Sequence record: JN849462.1
Reading direction: 5' to 3' (one strand)
Length of the DNA: 64,000 bases
This document shows positions 18,004 to 27,173 of the stretch, in pieces (the first letter of the stretch is position 1; the number at the start of each line of letters is the position of its first letter). The translations under genes were made by a program, and so were the position numbers. A model generated the notes under the pieces. The model saw nothing but the letters and a program-made list of their open reading frames with translations. It made no database searches and was not told where the DNA came from.

Positions 18004-18016
18004 TTGGGGCTTTTTT
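17992..18016 (+). terminator. intrinsic terminator (copy 1 of an identical 25-mer)
   Basis: AAAGCCCCTTAATTGGGGCTTTTTT. Confidence 0.88.
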
Positions 18017-18030
18017 ATGGGTGAAAGAAA

Positions 18031-18579
18031 ATGGCATTTATGAAAAAAGAGAAAGACGCAAAAGACATTACCGAAGCAGATATGCAGTACGCAATTGCAG
18101 TACAAAGTGTATGGATTCACAAACGCTACACAGCGATTATTCCAAACTGTTACACCAAATGGGATAATGAAGCTGATCTGTTTGCTATCCGTCCAAGTGG
18201 TCTTTGTGATGAGATTGAAATCAAAGTATCCAAAGCTGATTTTCGAATTGATGAACAAAAATCCGTTAAGGTCATCGACGAAAGTACGCCAAATTTACGT
18301 TGGCATCGTTATGAAGACGTTCCAAAACGCACAGCATTGCAAGATGGTAAAATGTCGAACTACTTCTGGTATGCATTCCCTAAAGGGCTTGTAGACCACT
18401 CTGAAGTCCCAGAATGGGCTGGTATAATCGAAGTGGATGGATTTCTGAACGCCAGAGAAGTAAGAATGCCTAAACGTCTGCATGGCGGTAAGATGACAAT
18501 CGAAGAACAGCTAAAGCAAATCAAGAAACTTGGATATCGCTTCTGGAATCTGGTTAAAAAGAACAAAAAGGAACGGTGA
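18031..18579 (+). CDS. MmcB-like PD-(D/E)XK nuclease-fold protein
   Basis: EADLFAI...EIEIKVSKADFRID...NYFWYAFP...PEWAGII. Confidence 0.75.
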   Translation: MAFMKKEKDAKDITEADMQYAIAVQSVWIHKRYTAIIPNCYTKWDNEADLFAIRPSGLCDEIEIKVSKADFRIDEQKSVKVIDESTPNLRWHRYEDVPKRTALQDGKMSNYFWYAFPKGLVDHSEVPEWAGIIEVDGFLNAREVRMPKRLHGGKMTIEEQLKQIKKLGYRFWNLVKKNKKER

Positions 18580-18601
18580 GGCGGAAAAATTCCGCATCAT
18601 C

Positions 18602-18655
18602 TTAGTAGAATTAGTAGTTTTAGTGAAGTTAGAGATATTAGTAGTATTAGGAGAT
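18602..18655. repeat. 6 x 9-bp tandem repeat (TTAG core)
   Basis: TTAG at 18602, 18611, 18620, 18629, 18638, 18647. Confidence 0.85.
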
Positions 18656-18677
18656 TGAAAATGACTTGAAAAAGTTG

Positions 18678-18706
18678 TTGACAGTCTCCTTTTTTGATCG
18701 TACTAT
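18678..18706 (+). promoter_or_regulatory. early promoter
   Basis: TTGACA-17 nt-TACTAT. Confidence 0.8.
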
Positions 18707-18731
18707 ACAGTCCTTGAAACAAATTATGTGA

Positions 18732-19268
18732 GTGAAGACTATGAGCTTGAGTGAACGTGAAGAAGAGCTAAAAGCATTAGCGATTGACCATGTGTGTGAC
18801 GATGAAGTTGCTGTCACCGTTTCATGCGCTGGTATGAGTAATTACTACACTGTTTGCCCGTCAGAGTTCAAAGACTTTTTGGACAACCATGAGGGAACAT
18901 CTTATGTAGCATTTGAATGGCACAACATCCCAGATGATTTACAAGATGAAGAACTAGACTTCGATGGTCTACTTGCTTGGTTCAATCTAGATGAACATGA
19001 GCGTGAAATCTGCGAAGCATTGTATGATAATAACGTTTGTATGTCATACGAAGATGCAGCCGAGAAAGTTGCTGACTGTTGGGTTTTTGAAGGCACGAGC
19101 GAAGACTATGCAAGACATGTAACGTCTGAATTAATGGGCATTCGCTTAGAAGATATGCCTGTCATTGTAAGCAGCAACATCAACTGGGGTGATGTATTCA
19201 TCGACCTTGACGCAGAAGGTAGTATCTACGAAATTGGTCGCGACAAATACTTAACAGTACACGGTTAA
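18732..19268 (+). CDS. ardA: ArdA-like antirestriction DNA-mimic protein
   Basis: Very acidic; EREICEAL...EDAAEKV...FEGTSEDYA...NINWGDVFIDLDAEG resembles the ArdA C-terminal pattern. Confidence 0.65.
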   Translation: MKTMSLSEREEELKALAIDHVCDDEVAVTVSCAGMSNYYTVCPSEFKDFLDNHEGTSYVAFEWHNIPDDLQDEELDFDGLLAWFNLDEHEREICEALYDNNVCMSYEDAAEKVADCWVFEGTSEDYARHVTSELMGIRLEDMPVIVSSNINWGDVFIDLDAEGSIYEIGRDKYLTVHG

Positions 19269-19270
19269 AA

Positions 19271-19849
19271 ATGAGTAGCACAAAAGGTAACGTTAACAAA
19301 GACGATTACTACGCTACGCCAGACTGGATTGTTGAAGAGTTTCTTGAAAATTTCGAGAGACGGATACACACAACTCATCATTTGAGTATGCCTGCTATGC
19401 ATGTTCTTGACCCATCATGTGGTGGTTGTTCTGAACACAAAGCAGCATATCCAGTAGCTTACAAGAAATTGTATCATGTCGATATTGACACAATGGATAT
19501 TCGTGAAGACAGTCACGCGCAAATTATCGCGAACTATCTCGAAACTGATGTTCAGAAGAATCATTACGACATGATCATGACGAACCCGCCGTTCAGCTTA
19601 TCAGTTGATTTTGCTGAGAAAGCATTGAGTGAAATCAAGAACGGTGGTTATGTCGTCATGCTACAGCGTCTGAACTGGCTAGGTAGTATCAAAAGAAAGC
19701 CTTTCTGGGACACAATGCCCCTGAGAGCAGTGATGGTTCACCATCGTCGACCATCATTCCATGGTACAAAAGGCACAGACTCGATTGAGTACGCGCACTT
19801 TGTATTTCAAAAAGGTTACGCAGGTAAAGCAGAGATTATAGTAATATGA
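19271..19849 (+). CDS. N6-adenine DNA methyltransferase
   Basis: DDYYATP, LDPSCG (motif I-like), MTNPPFS (motif IV). Confidence 0.85.
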   Translation: MSSTKGNVNKDDYYATPDWIVEEFLENFERRIHTTHHLSMPAMHVLDPSCGGCSEHKAAYPVAYKKLYHVDIDTMDIREDSHAQIIANYLETDVQKNHYDMIMTNPPFSLSVDFAEKALSEIKNGGYVVMLQRLNWLGSIKRKPFWDTMPLRAVMVHHRRPSFHGTKGTDSIEYAHFVFQKGYAGKAEIIVI

Positions 19850-20055
19850 TTACTTCAGTTGAAACTTATGAAGGTCTACTAGACACATTCGAAAAACCAC
19901 AACCAATGAAAATTGTGACTGGTGAGATTCACTATTCATTATTTGGCATTCCGTTGCTTCGTCGCAAATGCGAACTATTGCTAGAGACTTACTTGGTTTC
20001 AACTGACTCTATGCTCGGTGATGTTTACATGTGGGACGTGGCAAAACGTTTATGA
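19846..20055 (+). CDS. hypothetical protein
   Basis: ATGA overlaps on both sides. Confidence 0.7.
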   Translation: MITSVETYEGLLDTFEKPQPMKIVTGEIHYSLFGIPLLRRKCELLLETYLVSTDSMLGDVYMWDVAKRL

Positions 20056-20429
20056 GAAAATTATTAAGGGGACTTATGTCCAATTTCAAAGCAAATCTAA
20101 AAAGTCGCAGTACAATTAAGATCAATGGTACTGAGTATCACGGTACAAGTGTGACGATCAAAAACGGCAAAGTCGTCGTTGACGGTCGTTTGCAAGGTGA
20201 CATTGATGATCGCGTGGTGAACGTGTATATTGATGGTGACTGTACGCTTGTTCAGAACGAGAACGGCAATATTGCATGTCGTAACGTACAAGGTGACGTG
20301 TCAACGACTAATGGCGATATTGAATGTGACGATGTTAACGGTTCAGTATCATCAACGAACGGCGACATTAAATGCTGTGATGTTGGCGGTAACGTAAGCA
20401 CAACCAACGGGGATATTATCCGAAAATGA
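20052..20429 (+). CDS. DUF4097-like beta-repeat protein
   Basis: Four ~17-aa repeats ending in NG[ND]I. Confidence 0.7.
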   Translation: MRKLLRGLMSNFKANLKSRSTIKINGTEYHGTSVTIKNGKVVVDGRLQGDIDDRVVNVYIDGDCTLVQNENGNIACRNVQGDVSTTNGDIECDDVNGSVSSTNGDIKCCDVGGNVSTTNGDIIRK

Positions 20430-20698
20430 AAGATCAAACTCGAATCAAAGAAGTAATTGACGGCGCGATTGAGAAAATTGAATCACAATCGACACAAAGT
20501 TTCAGCGTGCAAGAATTTACGCCATGTGATGTTGTCAATTACTTGCAGGAAATCGGCTACGAAGCCCATGATCTTGAGACAAACGGTTGGCAAGTTGACT
20601 TCTGGCAAGATTTCAGCAAAGACGGATGCAAGACACTTACCTTTTCAGGTAGCTGGTACTTTGGTCAAGCAACCTTGAGTGAGGCATACAATGACTAA
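20426..20698 (+). CDS. hypothetical protein
   Basis: ATGA overlap. Confidence 0.75.
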   Translation: MKDQTRIKEVIDGAIEKIESQSTQSFSVQEFTPCDVVNYLQEIGYEAHDLETNGWQVDFWQDFSKDGCKTLTFSGSWYFGQATLSEAYND

Positions 20699-20993
20699 GC
20701 AAACAGATTTCTTTGATCGTGAAATCAAAGATGGTGACTTTGTTCTGCGTGCTAAGAACTCAGGTCGTACATACACCATGAGCGTGCTTCATGTTGTTGA
20801 CTTGCCGGACGGTAAGCGCAAGTATCTTGAACTGAGTCGTTGGGGTGGTAGCGGTATCAGTCGAAATGCCAAATTGCCTTGCGGTAGTTCATCTACTATC
20901 GTTGAAGCGTCACTTGTTGAAAGCAAATACCCTGATGCGTATCGCGCTGCATTACAAGAAGCTGATCTTCTGCGCATGCCAATCCCGCAATAA
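20691..20993 (+). CDS. hypothetical protein
   Basis: RBS GAGG; start at 20691. Confidence 0.75.
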   Translation: MTKQTDFFDREIKDGDFVLRAKNSGRTYTMSVLHVVDLPDGKRKYLELSRWGGSGISRNAKLPCGSSSTIVEASLVESKYPDAYRAALQEADLLRMPIPQ

Positions 20994-21048
20994 TGCTTGA
21001 CACGTGTTGTCAGTCGTGTATAATTCTCTGTAAACATAGGAGAGCAAT

Positions 21049-21186
21049 ATGATTGACAACATGATAAAAGACATGATCGAGTCAGAAATTGATGTTAATG
21101 ACATCGTTGATTGTCTAGTTAACCAGTACGACGTATCTCACGATGAAGCACTTGAAGCGATTCACGAGGTACTTAACGAAATGTGA
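21049..21186 (+). CDS. small acidic protein (below the ORF-track cutoff)
   Basis: 45 aa MIDNMIKDMIESE...; follows a TTGACA/TATAAT promoter and AGGAG RBS. Confidence 0.65.
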   Translation: MIDNMIKDMIESEIDVNDIVDCLVNQYDVSHDEALEAIHEVLNEM

Positions 21187-21193
21187 GAAATAT

Positions 21194-23263
21194 ATGATTA
21201 TCCATACCCCTGATAGCACAGTACAAACATCTGGCAAGATGCGCACTGCTGGATTTAATATGAAAGCAAGCGCAAAAGGCTTTCGTATTATCTCGACTAC
21301 ACTATACAAAGACCCAATTCTAGCTATTGTACGCGAATTGACGTGTAATGGTTGGGATGCGCATCAAATGAACAAAAATCTCGATACTCCGATTCAAGTA
21401 CACTTACCGAATCAGTTCGAGCCGTGGTTTAGTGTGAAAGACTTCGGTTGTGGCATGAGCGACGACGAGATCTTTGGCGTGTACACGACTGTGTTTGATT
21501 CAACGAAAGATGACTCAAACGACGTGATTGGTGCAATGGGTCTAGGTTCAAAAACGCCATTTAGCTACAACAACGGTCAATCGTTCACTGTTAAGTCAAC
21601 GAAGAATGGTCTGAAAGCGGTTTACTCGGCGTATCTAGACAAAGGCGAACCTGCAATCACGTGTATGTCAGAGCCTGCGCCGACTGATGAACCAGACGGT
21701 GTTGAAGTCATCGTGCCAGTACGTAAAGAAGACTTCAATCGCTTTAAAGAAGCTGCAAATCAAGTAATGCCGTACTTTAAAGCACCTGCTGTTGAGACGA
21801 ACATCACGCTTTCTGAGCGTAAATTCACTCACATGGACGGTTATTTCACTGAAAATAAGAAGAATTCATGGCGTTCTGGTGATGTCTATGCAGTAATGGG
21901 CAACGTTTGTTATCCGTTGAGCGAAAGTCACATCAAAGACATTCAGCTTGTGCGTAATTACTTCAAGAACTCTGACCTATTCATTGAGTTTCCGATTGGT
22001 GAGCTAGATGTAAGTGCGTCTCGTGAAGAACTTCACTATGACGATTACACAATTGAAAACATCAACAAGCGTGTGAACTTAATCAACACGAAGTTCCTCG
22101 ATGAAGCACAGAAATGGGTCGATGACCAGAAATTTTCGCACATCGGTGATGCGTACCGCGCTTGTGACAATCGCTTCAATGATGTTGTAATGAAGAAGCT
22201 GACATTTAATGGCGTGTCTGTAATGTCTTACTCGCAAAATATGCTGAAAGATTTTGCGATTCTAGGTAAAGTTGTTCAACTTCGCCCTGAATACAGCAAC
22301 AAAGAAGGTGTTCAGCGTCGTACTAACTTTGCTCGTCCGTATGATCTTGTGAACCCTCGCAATGAATACGCGAAAAGTCCAATTCATATTATTGTCGATG
22401 ATATGAAATCAGGTGGTGTTGCTATCGCGAAAGAATACGTTCGTGAAGAAGGTCAAGTGGTGTTTTATCATCACGACGATAAGCCGTCAACGACTGCTGC
22501 TCTTGCATTCTTCAAAGAACGTCTGCGCGATTGCGAATACAAAGTGTTGAAGACTTCTGAACTGAAAGCTAATTACACGCCACAGAAGAAGACTGTCAAG
22601 AAAAAGCCAGTATCACCGACTATTCGCTTGTATGAAATGCGAATCAACGAAGACGGTGTTCGTACAGTTCAAGCGTCTGACGTGAAGCGCGAAGTGCTGA
22701 AGAACGACGAACTGTATTACGTGAGTTTGTTCCGCGATTACATTGAGAAAACGCCAGAGTGTGGTCATGGTCTAGATTACCATCGTTCTCTTGGAATGAT
22801 CGAAGAGATTATGCGTATCAAAGGTCTTGATGTTGTGTACATTGCACGTCGTCCAGAGTACGTACACATCAAAGACAATAAAAACGCTGTGAATATCTTC
22901 GATATTAAGTTTAACAAGCGTGAGTTGCGTAGTAAAATTGACTGGAAATCATACACAGTTGATAACAATCTGTACGGCTATCGCAGTTCGCTAGAGAACA
23001 CGTGGGCTAACACTGCTGTTCGTGACCATTTCGGTTACTCGCAGTCTCGTAATACGTGCTGCCAGACGATTGATCGTCTATGTGATAACTTCCCTGCTGT
23101 TCGTGAAATTCGCAAAGCAGAGCAAGAAAAGCACTTGGAAAAGTTACAAACTATCCAAACTGCTCCGAAATACAAGTTGCTGTTTGATTTGGTAAGTTCA
23201 AACACCAACACTGAATCAACGCAAAAACTAATTAAACTCTTGAGAGGAAAACGCAATGGTTAA
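21194..23263 (+). CDS. rIIA: rIIA protein
   Basis: GHKL-like N-terminus LYKDPILAIVRELTCNGWDAH, DFGCGM, GLGSKTPFSY, LDVSASREELHY; followed by rIIB. Confidence 0.93.
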   Translation: MIIHTPDSTVQTSGKMRTAGFNMKASAKGFRIISTTLYKDPILAIVRELTCNGWDAHQMNKNLDTPIQVHLPNQFEPWFSVKDFGCGMSDDEIFGVYTTVFDSTKDDSNDVIGAMGLGSKTPFSYNNGQSFTVKSTKNGLKAVYSAYLDKGEPAITCMSEPAPTDEPDGVEVIVPVRKEDFNRFKEAANQVMPYFKAPAVETNITLSERKFTHMDGYFTENKKNSWRSGDVYAVMGNVCYPLSESHIKDIQLVRNYFKNSDLFIEFPIGELDVSASREELHYDDYTIENINKRVNLINTKFLDEAQKWVDDQKFSHIGDAYRACDNRFNDVVMKKLTFNGVSVMSYSQNMLKDFAILGKVVQLRPEYSNKEGVQRRTNFARPYDLVNPRNEYAKSPIHIIVDDMKSGGVAIAKEYVREEGQVVFYHHDDKPSTTAALAFFKERLRDCEYKVLKTSELKANYTPQKKTVKKKPVSPTIRLYEMRINEDGVRTVQASDVKREVLKNDELYYVSLFRDYIEKTPECGHGLDYHRSLGMIEEIMRIKGLDVVYIARRPEYVHIKDNKNAVNIFDIKFNKRELRSKIDWKSYTVDNNLYGYRSSLENTWANTAVRDHFGYSQSRNTCCQTIDRLCDNFPAVREIRKAEQEKHLEKLQTIQTAPKYKLLFDLVSSNTNTESTQKLIKLLRGKRNG

Positions 23264-24293
23264 TTTGCCACTCGAAACAAAACAGTCAATCGTTAAAGCA
23301 TCTGCAAACGGCATGACACAGAAAGACAACGCGGCGAAGCATGGGACTTCGCCAACCACCCTGCGCCGTGTGCTTGCTGAACACCGTGAAGGCAAATTCA
23401 GCTTAAACACTGCCAAGCAAGTAGTTAAGCGCCCAGCTAAAGTGAAATCACTTTCGACCGACTTCAAAGCGAATCTAGACGAGTTGCTAGACGCTACTGG
23501 CACTAAAGAAGAGCCAAAGACGAAAGCGCCTGAGTCTGAAAAGACTCTTGACCAGAAGCTAGACGAAGCGATTGAAGACTTCGCTTACGTGATTACGCCA
23601 GTTAACGTGTCATTCACGTTCAAAGGTCAGGCATTTTCTGCTGACATCACAGCTCCGAACTACAGCAAAATCGTTGCTGCATTGCTAGACAACGACGGCG
23701 AGCTTGCAGTTTCATTGCTTGATGTTGCGAAAGGCATCGAAGAATTCATGCTTGGCAATGTAGTTGTTAAGGGTGGCGTGGTTAAGTACAAAGATCTTGA
23801 CATCGACGGTGGTATGACTGGTCGTATTCTTGAAGCAATGGAAGCTGGTGACAAGTCTCAAGTGACTAAGCTTGTTAAGTTCTTCGAAAATCTCATTGAG
23901 AACCCATCACGTCGCGCTGTTGAAGAGCTTTACGGCTTCTTGGAAGCTGCTGACATCGAACTTACCGATGACGGTCACTTCCTAGCGTACAAAAAGATTC
24001 GCGACAACTACAAAGACATTCACAGTAACACTATGTGCAACAAGCCAGGCACTCGTGTGTGGATGCTACGTCACCAAGTGAACGACGACAAAGATCAAAC
24101 GTGTTCTGCTGGTCTTCATGTATGTTCGAAAGGCTACTTGCCACACTTTGGCAGTTCAGCGGGTACTCGCATCGTGCTTTGTAAAGTGAACCCACGTGAT
24201 GTTGTGTCTGTACCTACTGACTACAACAATACAAAATTAAGATGTAGCGAGTATCTAGTCTTGAAAGAACTAGACAAAAATACTTTGAAATAA
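23256..24293 (+). CDS. rIIB: rIIB protein
   Basis: ENPS, ELYGFL, DGHFLAYK, CSAGLHVC, VNPRDVVSVPTDYN..KLRC. Confidence 0.94.
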   Translation: MVNLPLETKQSIVKASANGMTQKDNAAKHGTSPTTLRRVLAEHREGKFSLNTAKQVVKRPAKVKSLSTDFKANLDELLDATGTKEEPKTKAPESEKTLDQKLDEAIEDFAYVITPVNVSFTFKGQAFSADITAPNYSKIVAALLDNDGELAVSLLDVAKGIEEFMLGNVVVKGGVVKYKDLDIDGGMTGRILEAMEAGDKSQVTKLVKFFENLIENPSRRAVEELYGFLEAADIELTDDGHFLAYKKIRDNYKDIHSNTMCNKPGTRVWMLRHQVNDDKDQTCSAGLHVCSKGYLPHFGSSAGTRIVLCKVNPRDVVSVPTDYNNTKLRCSEYLVLKELDKNTLK

Positions 24294-24300
24294 TGTAAAA

Positions 24301-24373
24301 AAAGGGTTGACTTCGGTCAGCCCTTTCTTGTATTATTCTCATATCGAAACGAAACACCGAAAGAGAGAATAAT
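24301..24373 (+). promoter_or_regulatory. promoter/terminator cassette
   Basis: AAAGGGTTGAC-TTCG-GTCAGCCCTTT, TATTAT, ATCGAAACGA, GAGAG RBS. Confidence 0.85.
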
Positions 24374-24688
24374 ATGAAATCTGACCTACGCACTATCCAA
24401 ACTCTAGTAGAACAAAAAGATGTAGCAATCGTTGTTAAAGAACAGTATCGAAATGCACTTGCATTCGCATACGGCTGCATGACTGGCGTTCAGCGTCAAG
24501 TATACCGAGACTACCACATGAGCGTGCTGGTTGAGAGATTTGACCTTGAATTCTGTGAAGCAAACGAAGTTATCTTACCTTACGGTGAGTTGAAGTCTGC
24601 AATCAAATTCATCAAAGATAGCTTGAGCGCGTCTGACTATGACGAACTGAAAGCACTATTTCAATTCAACATTAAACTGCCAGAGTAA
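24374..24688 (+). CDS. hypothetical protein
   Basis: First gene after the cassette. Confidence 0.8.
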   Translation: MKSDLRTIQTLVEQKDVAIVVKEQYRNALAFAYGCMTGVQRQVYRDYHMSVLVERFDLEFCEANEVILPYGELKSAIKFIKDSLSASDYDELKALFQFNIKLPE

Positions 24689-24693
24689 GAAGC

Positions 24694-25380
24694 ATGAAAC
24701 GATTTAAGAAACACATTAAAAAGTATGACGAGCATGGCGTAGTTCAGTATAATATGCTGATGATATTCGCTTTGATAGTCACAATATCAATGTCAATCGC
24801 ACTTGTTGCGTCAAATATTTTGTTTGCATTTGAGCTTTCAGCTAGTAACGCTAACATCAAAACACCTGGTGATGCATTCTGGACGGTTTGGATGGCTATG
24901 AGCACAATTGGATTTGGTGATCATTATCCCGTAACGACTGGTGGTAGATTTGTTATTGGTTCTATGTTTGTCGTTGGTGCGTCGCTGATTGGTCTTAACA
25001 TCGGTATCGCGAATGCGTGGATTACATCTAAGTTCGACAAAAGCATACAGAATCGCGTGTTGAAGAGTCAAAACGATGCTCTATTGCAGAAATTAGATCG
25101 TCTTGAGACACATCTAGGCATCGATCAAGAGGTGTTGTTTTCGAAAGATGCTCATGGTATAGATACAATGATTGACCAGTATTTTGACAGCAACGACAAA
25201 GCAGAGAGATTTGTTACACTCGGTCAAGATGATAGCGGTCGATATGTCGTGGCAATAAATCAGCAAATCATCGAAACACAAAAGACATCATTGAAATGGC
25301 ACACGTTCATTAAAGAAGATGATGCGACGAAATTCTACAAAGACACAAGTGAACTATTCCACACGGAGCTATTCATATGA
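24694..25380 (+). CDS. 2-TM potassium channel (KcsA-like) with C-terminal extension
   Basis: TM1, pore helix AFWTVWMAMS, filter TIGFGD, TM2 GRFVIG... Confidence 0.9.
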   Translation: MKRFKKHIKKYDEHGVVQYNMLMIFALIVTISMSIALVASNILFAFELSASNANIKTPGDAFWTVWMAMSTIGFGDHYPVTTGGRFVIGSMFVVGASLIGLNIGIANAWITSKFDKSIQNRVLKSQNDALLQKLDRLETHLGIDQEVLFSKDAHGIDTMIDQYFDSNDKAERFVTLGQDDSGRYVVAINQQIIETQKTSLKWHTFIKEDDATKFYKDTSELFHTELFI

Positions 25381-25874
25381 TTCGTAATATCTTATTTGCT
25401 GCTCTTGCAGCTATGACACTCGCAGCATGTGATAACAATTCTGCGACATTAGACACAAATGCTTACTATGCTGAACAAGAACAGCTATTAGTTGAAGCAC
25501 CGACGACTGAAATGTTTGATACACAGCCACCAGTTGTTCAACCTGTACAACAACCTGTACAACAACCGGTGATTATTCAGCAAGACGACGGGTTTGATCT
25601 AGGTGACGCAGCGATTGGTTTTGTTGCTGCTGAATTGATAGATGAAGTTGGTGATGCTTTCGAATCGAAGCATAAGAAGACTTACGTCGCGCCAGTGAAA
25701 CAGCCTGTAATTAAGAAAGTTACACCGTATCAAGCGCCTAAAAAGCCTGTAGTAGTTAAGCCAACTGTAGTCAAACCGAGCATAGTTGAGACGAAACCTG
25801 AGAAAAAAGAGGGTTTTTTCAAGAAAGCAGTCAAAAAGGTTAAAAAAGTTAAGCGTAGTAAACGCGGAAAATAA
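25377..25874 (+). CDS. lipoprotein with QPV repeats and Lys-rich tail
   Basis: Lipobox LAAC; QPVQQPVQQPV. Confidence 0.8.
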   Translation: MIRNILFAALAAMTLAACDNNSATLDTNAYYAEQEQLLVEAPTTEMFDTQPPVVQPVQQPVQQPVIIQQDDGFDLGDAAIGFVAAELIDEVGDAFESKHKKTYVAPVKQPVIKKVTPYQAPKKPVVVKPTVVKPSIVETKPEKKEGFFKKAVKKVKKVKRSKRGK

Positions 25875-25900
25875 AAAAGGGAGCGATTGCTCCCTTTTTT
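25873..25900. terminator. bidirectional terminator
   Basis: AAAAAAGGGAGC-GATT-GCTCCCTTTTTT. Confidence 0.85.
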
Positions 25901-25901
25901 G

Positions 25902-26453
25902 CTATTTGTTTTTCGATAAAACATCGAGAATTCTAGCTAATTCAGATTCGATGTGCTCAAGCTCCATTAGATATTCATCTGATTGCTTGATGTCACTACG
26001 TAGAAGACCTTTTGAAGTCGCAATATCAACGTCGCTATCTAGACTACCACGCAATTTACGTACCAAGAACAACGCACGATTCAAATCACGAGTGAATACG
26101 TTCACTGTCTTGTCGGTGATCTTGTCTTCTGGCATACTCTGATATTTGTTCAGTTTTCTCATGGTTTTCTTCAATTCTTTGAAGTCTTTACGCGCTTGAC
26201 CGCCAGCGAATAACACGCCACCAATCAAACCATTAAGTCCCATTGAGATACCAGCCCATGCCGCTAATGGCAATGCGATAGAAAGCCCTGCTGTACCCGG
26301 TGCTGCTGCAATTGAAGCACTTGCCATACCTACAAAGCCACCCACTGCTGCGCCGATTGCAGCACTATTCTTAGCCCATTGACCGATAGTTGCTTCTTTC
26401 AACTCATCTGAATTCTTGAATTCATCAAATGTCTTTAGTTCCATTCTGTTCAC
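25902..26453 (-). CDS. late gene, candidate internal head protein with Gly/Ala-rich hydrophobic core
   Basis: ELKTFDEFKNSDELKE N-terminus; upstream TATAAACA (26556-26563) and TAAATA (26569-26574) on the - strand. Confidence 0.7.
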   Translation of the reverse strand: MNRMELKTFDEFKNSDELKEATIGQWAKNSAAIGAAVGGFVGMASASIAAAPGTAGLSIALPLAAWAGISMGLNGLIGGVLFAGGQARKDFKELKKTMRKLNKYQSMPEDKITDKTVNVFTRDLNRALFLVRKLRGSLDSDVDIATSKGLLRSDIKQSDEYLMELEHIESELARILDVLSKNK

Positions 26454-26628
26454 CTTGATTCATGCTCATAAAAAACGAGGGAGCGACTATAAGTGGAACC
26501 AATACTCGCAGTGACCAATGCGATACATAGTCACTACCCTCGAAACTGAGAAAAATGTTTATATGTTATATTTAGTGTTAGCTAGACACTCGTATAGCAA
26601 TTATCTCTAAGAAAAGTAGAAAAAAATG

Positions 26629-26657
26629 TTGACTAAAGTGTAAAATATCCTTATCAT
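26629..26657 (+). promoter_or_regulatory. early promoter
   Basis: TTGACT-17 nt-TATCAT. Confidence 0.7.
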
Positions 26658-26705
26658 AGTGTATATTCTAATGAAACGTACAAAAATACAACAAAAGAGG
26701 TTAAC

Positions 26706-27173
26706 ATGACTCCAAAATCAATCATTCGTGCAGCAAATACTCGCGTGTCCGAGCTTCAAATCTTCAGTGGCGAGAACAGTACAGTCGTAGTTGGTGCACC
26801 AGGTAGTGGTAAAAACGCTATGCTGATGGGAATGCTCATGCAACGTGGTGTTGCTGACTGTACAATGATCGTTACAGAAATGCGTGCTGGTGACATGGCA
26901 GAGAAGCTAGGCACAGGTGCTCTTGTGGTCAATGGCGGTCTTGACCTCGAATCTCTTGTTGGTGCAGTTGCATTTGCGTGTACACAACCACGTTCTGACA
27001 TCTTTATCGAACAAGTGTCACCGATTCTCGGTCACAATATTGTTGAGATTCTAGAGTCAATCGCTAAGCCATTCAACAAGCGTATCTACGTCGGTATGCA
27101 AGCTGTACGCAGTCATAGCGGTCTAGGTGATAACTATCAAACACAAATGATGAATACATTGAAACTGGGGTGA
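26706..27173 (+). CDS. small P-loop NTPase-like protein
   Basis: GAPGSGKN Walker A; DIFIEQ possible Walker B. Confidence 0.65.
   Translation: MTPKSIIRAANTRVSELQIFSGENSTVVVGAPGSGKNAMLMGMLMQRGVADCTMIVTEMRAGDMAEKLGTGALVVNGGLDLESLVGAVAFACTQPRSDIFIEQVSPILGHNIVEILESIAKPFNKRIYVGMQAVRSHSGLGDNYQTQMMNTLKLG

Noticed and set aside
18596-18670. Leu-rich peptide encoded by the 9-bp repeat on either strand
   Set aside because: Open frames exist (LVELVVLV..., LLILLISL...) but have no start with an RBS, and they overlap the promoter
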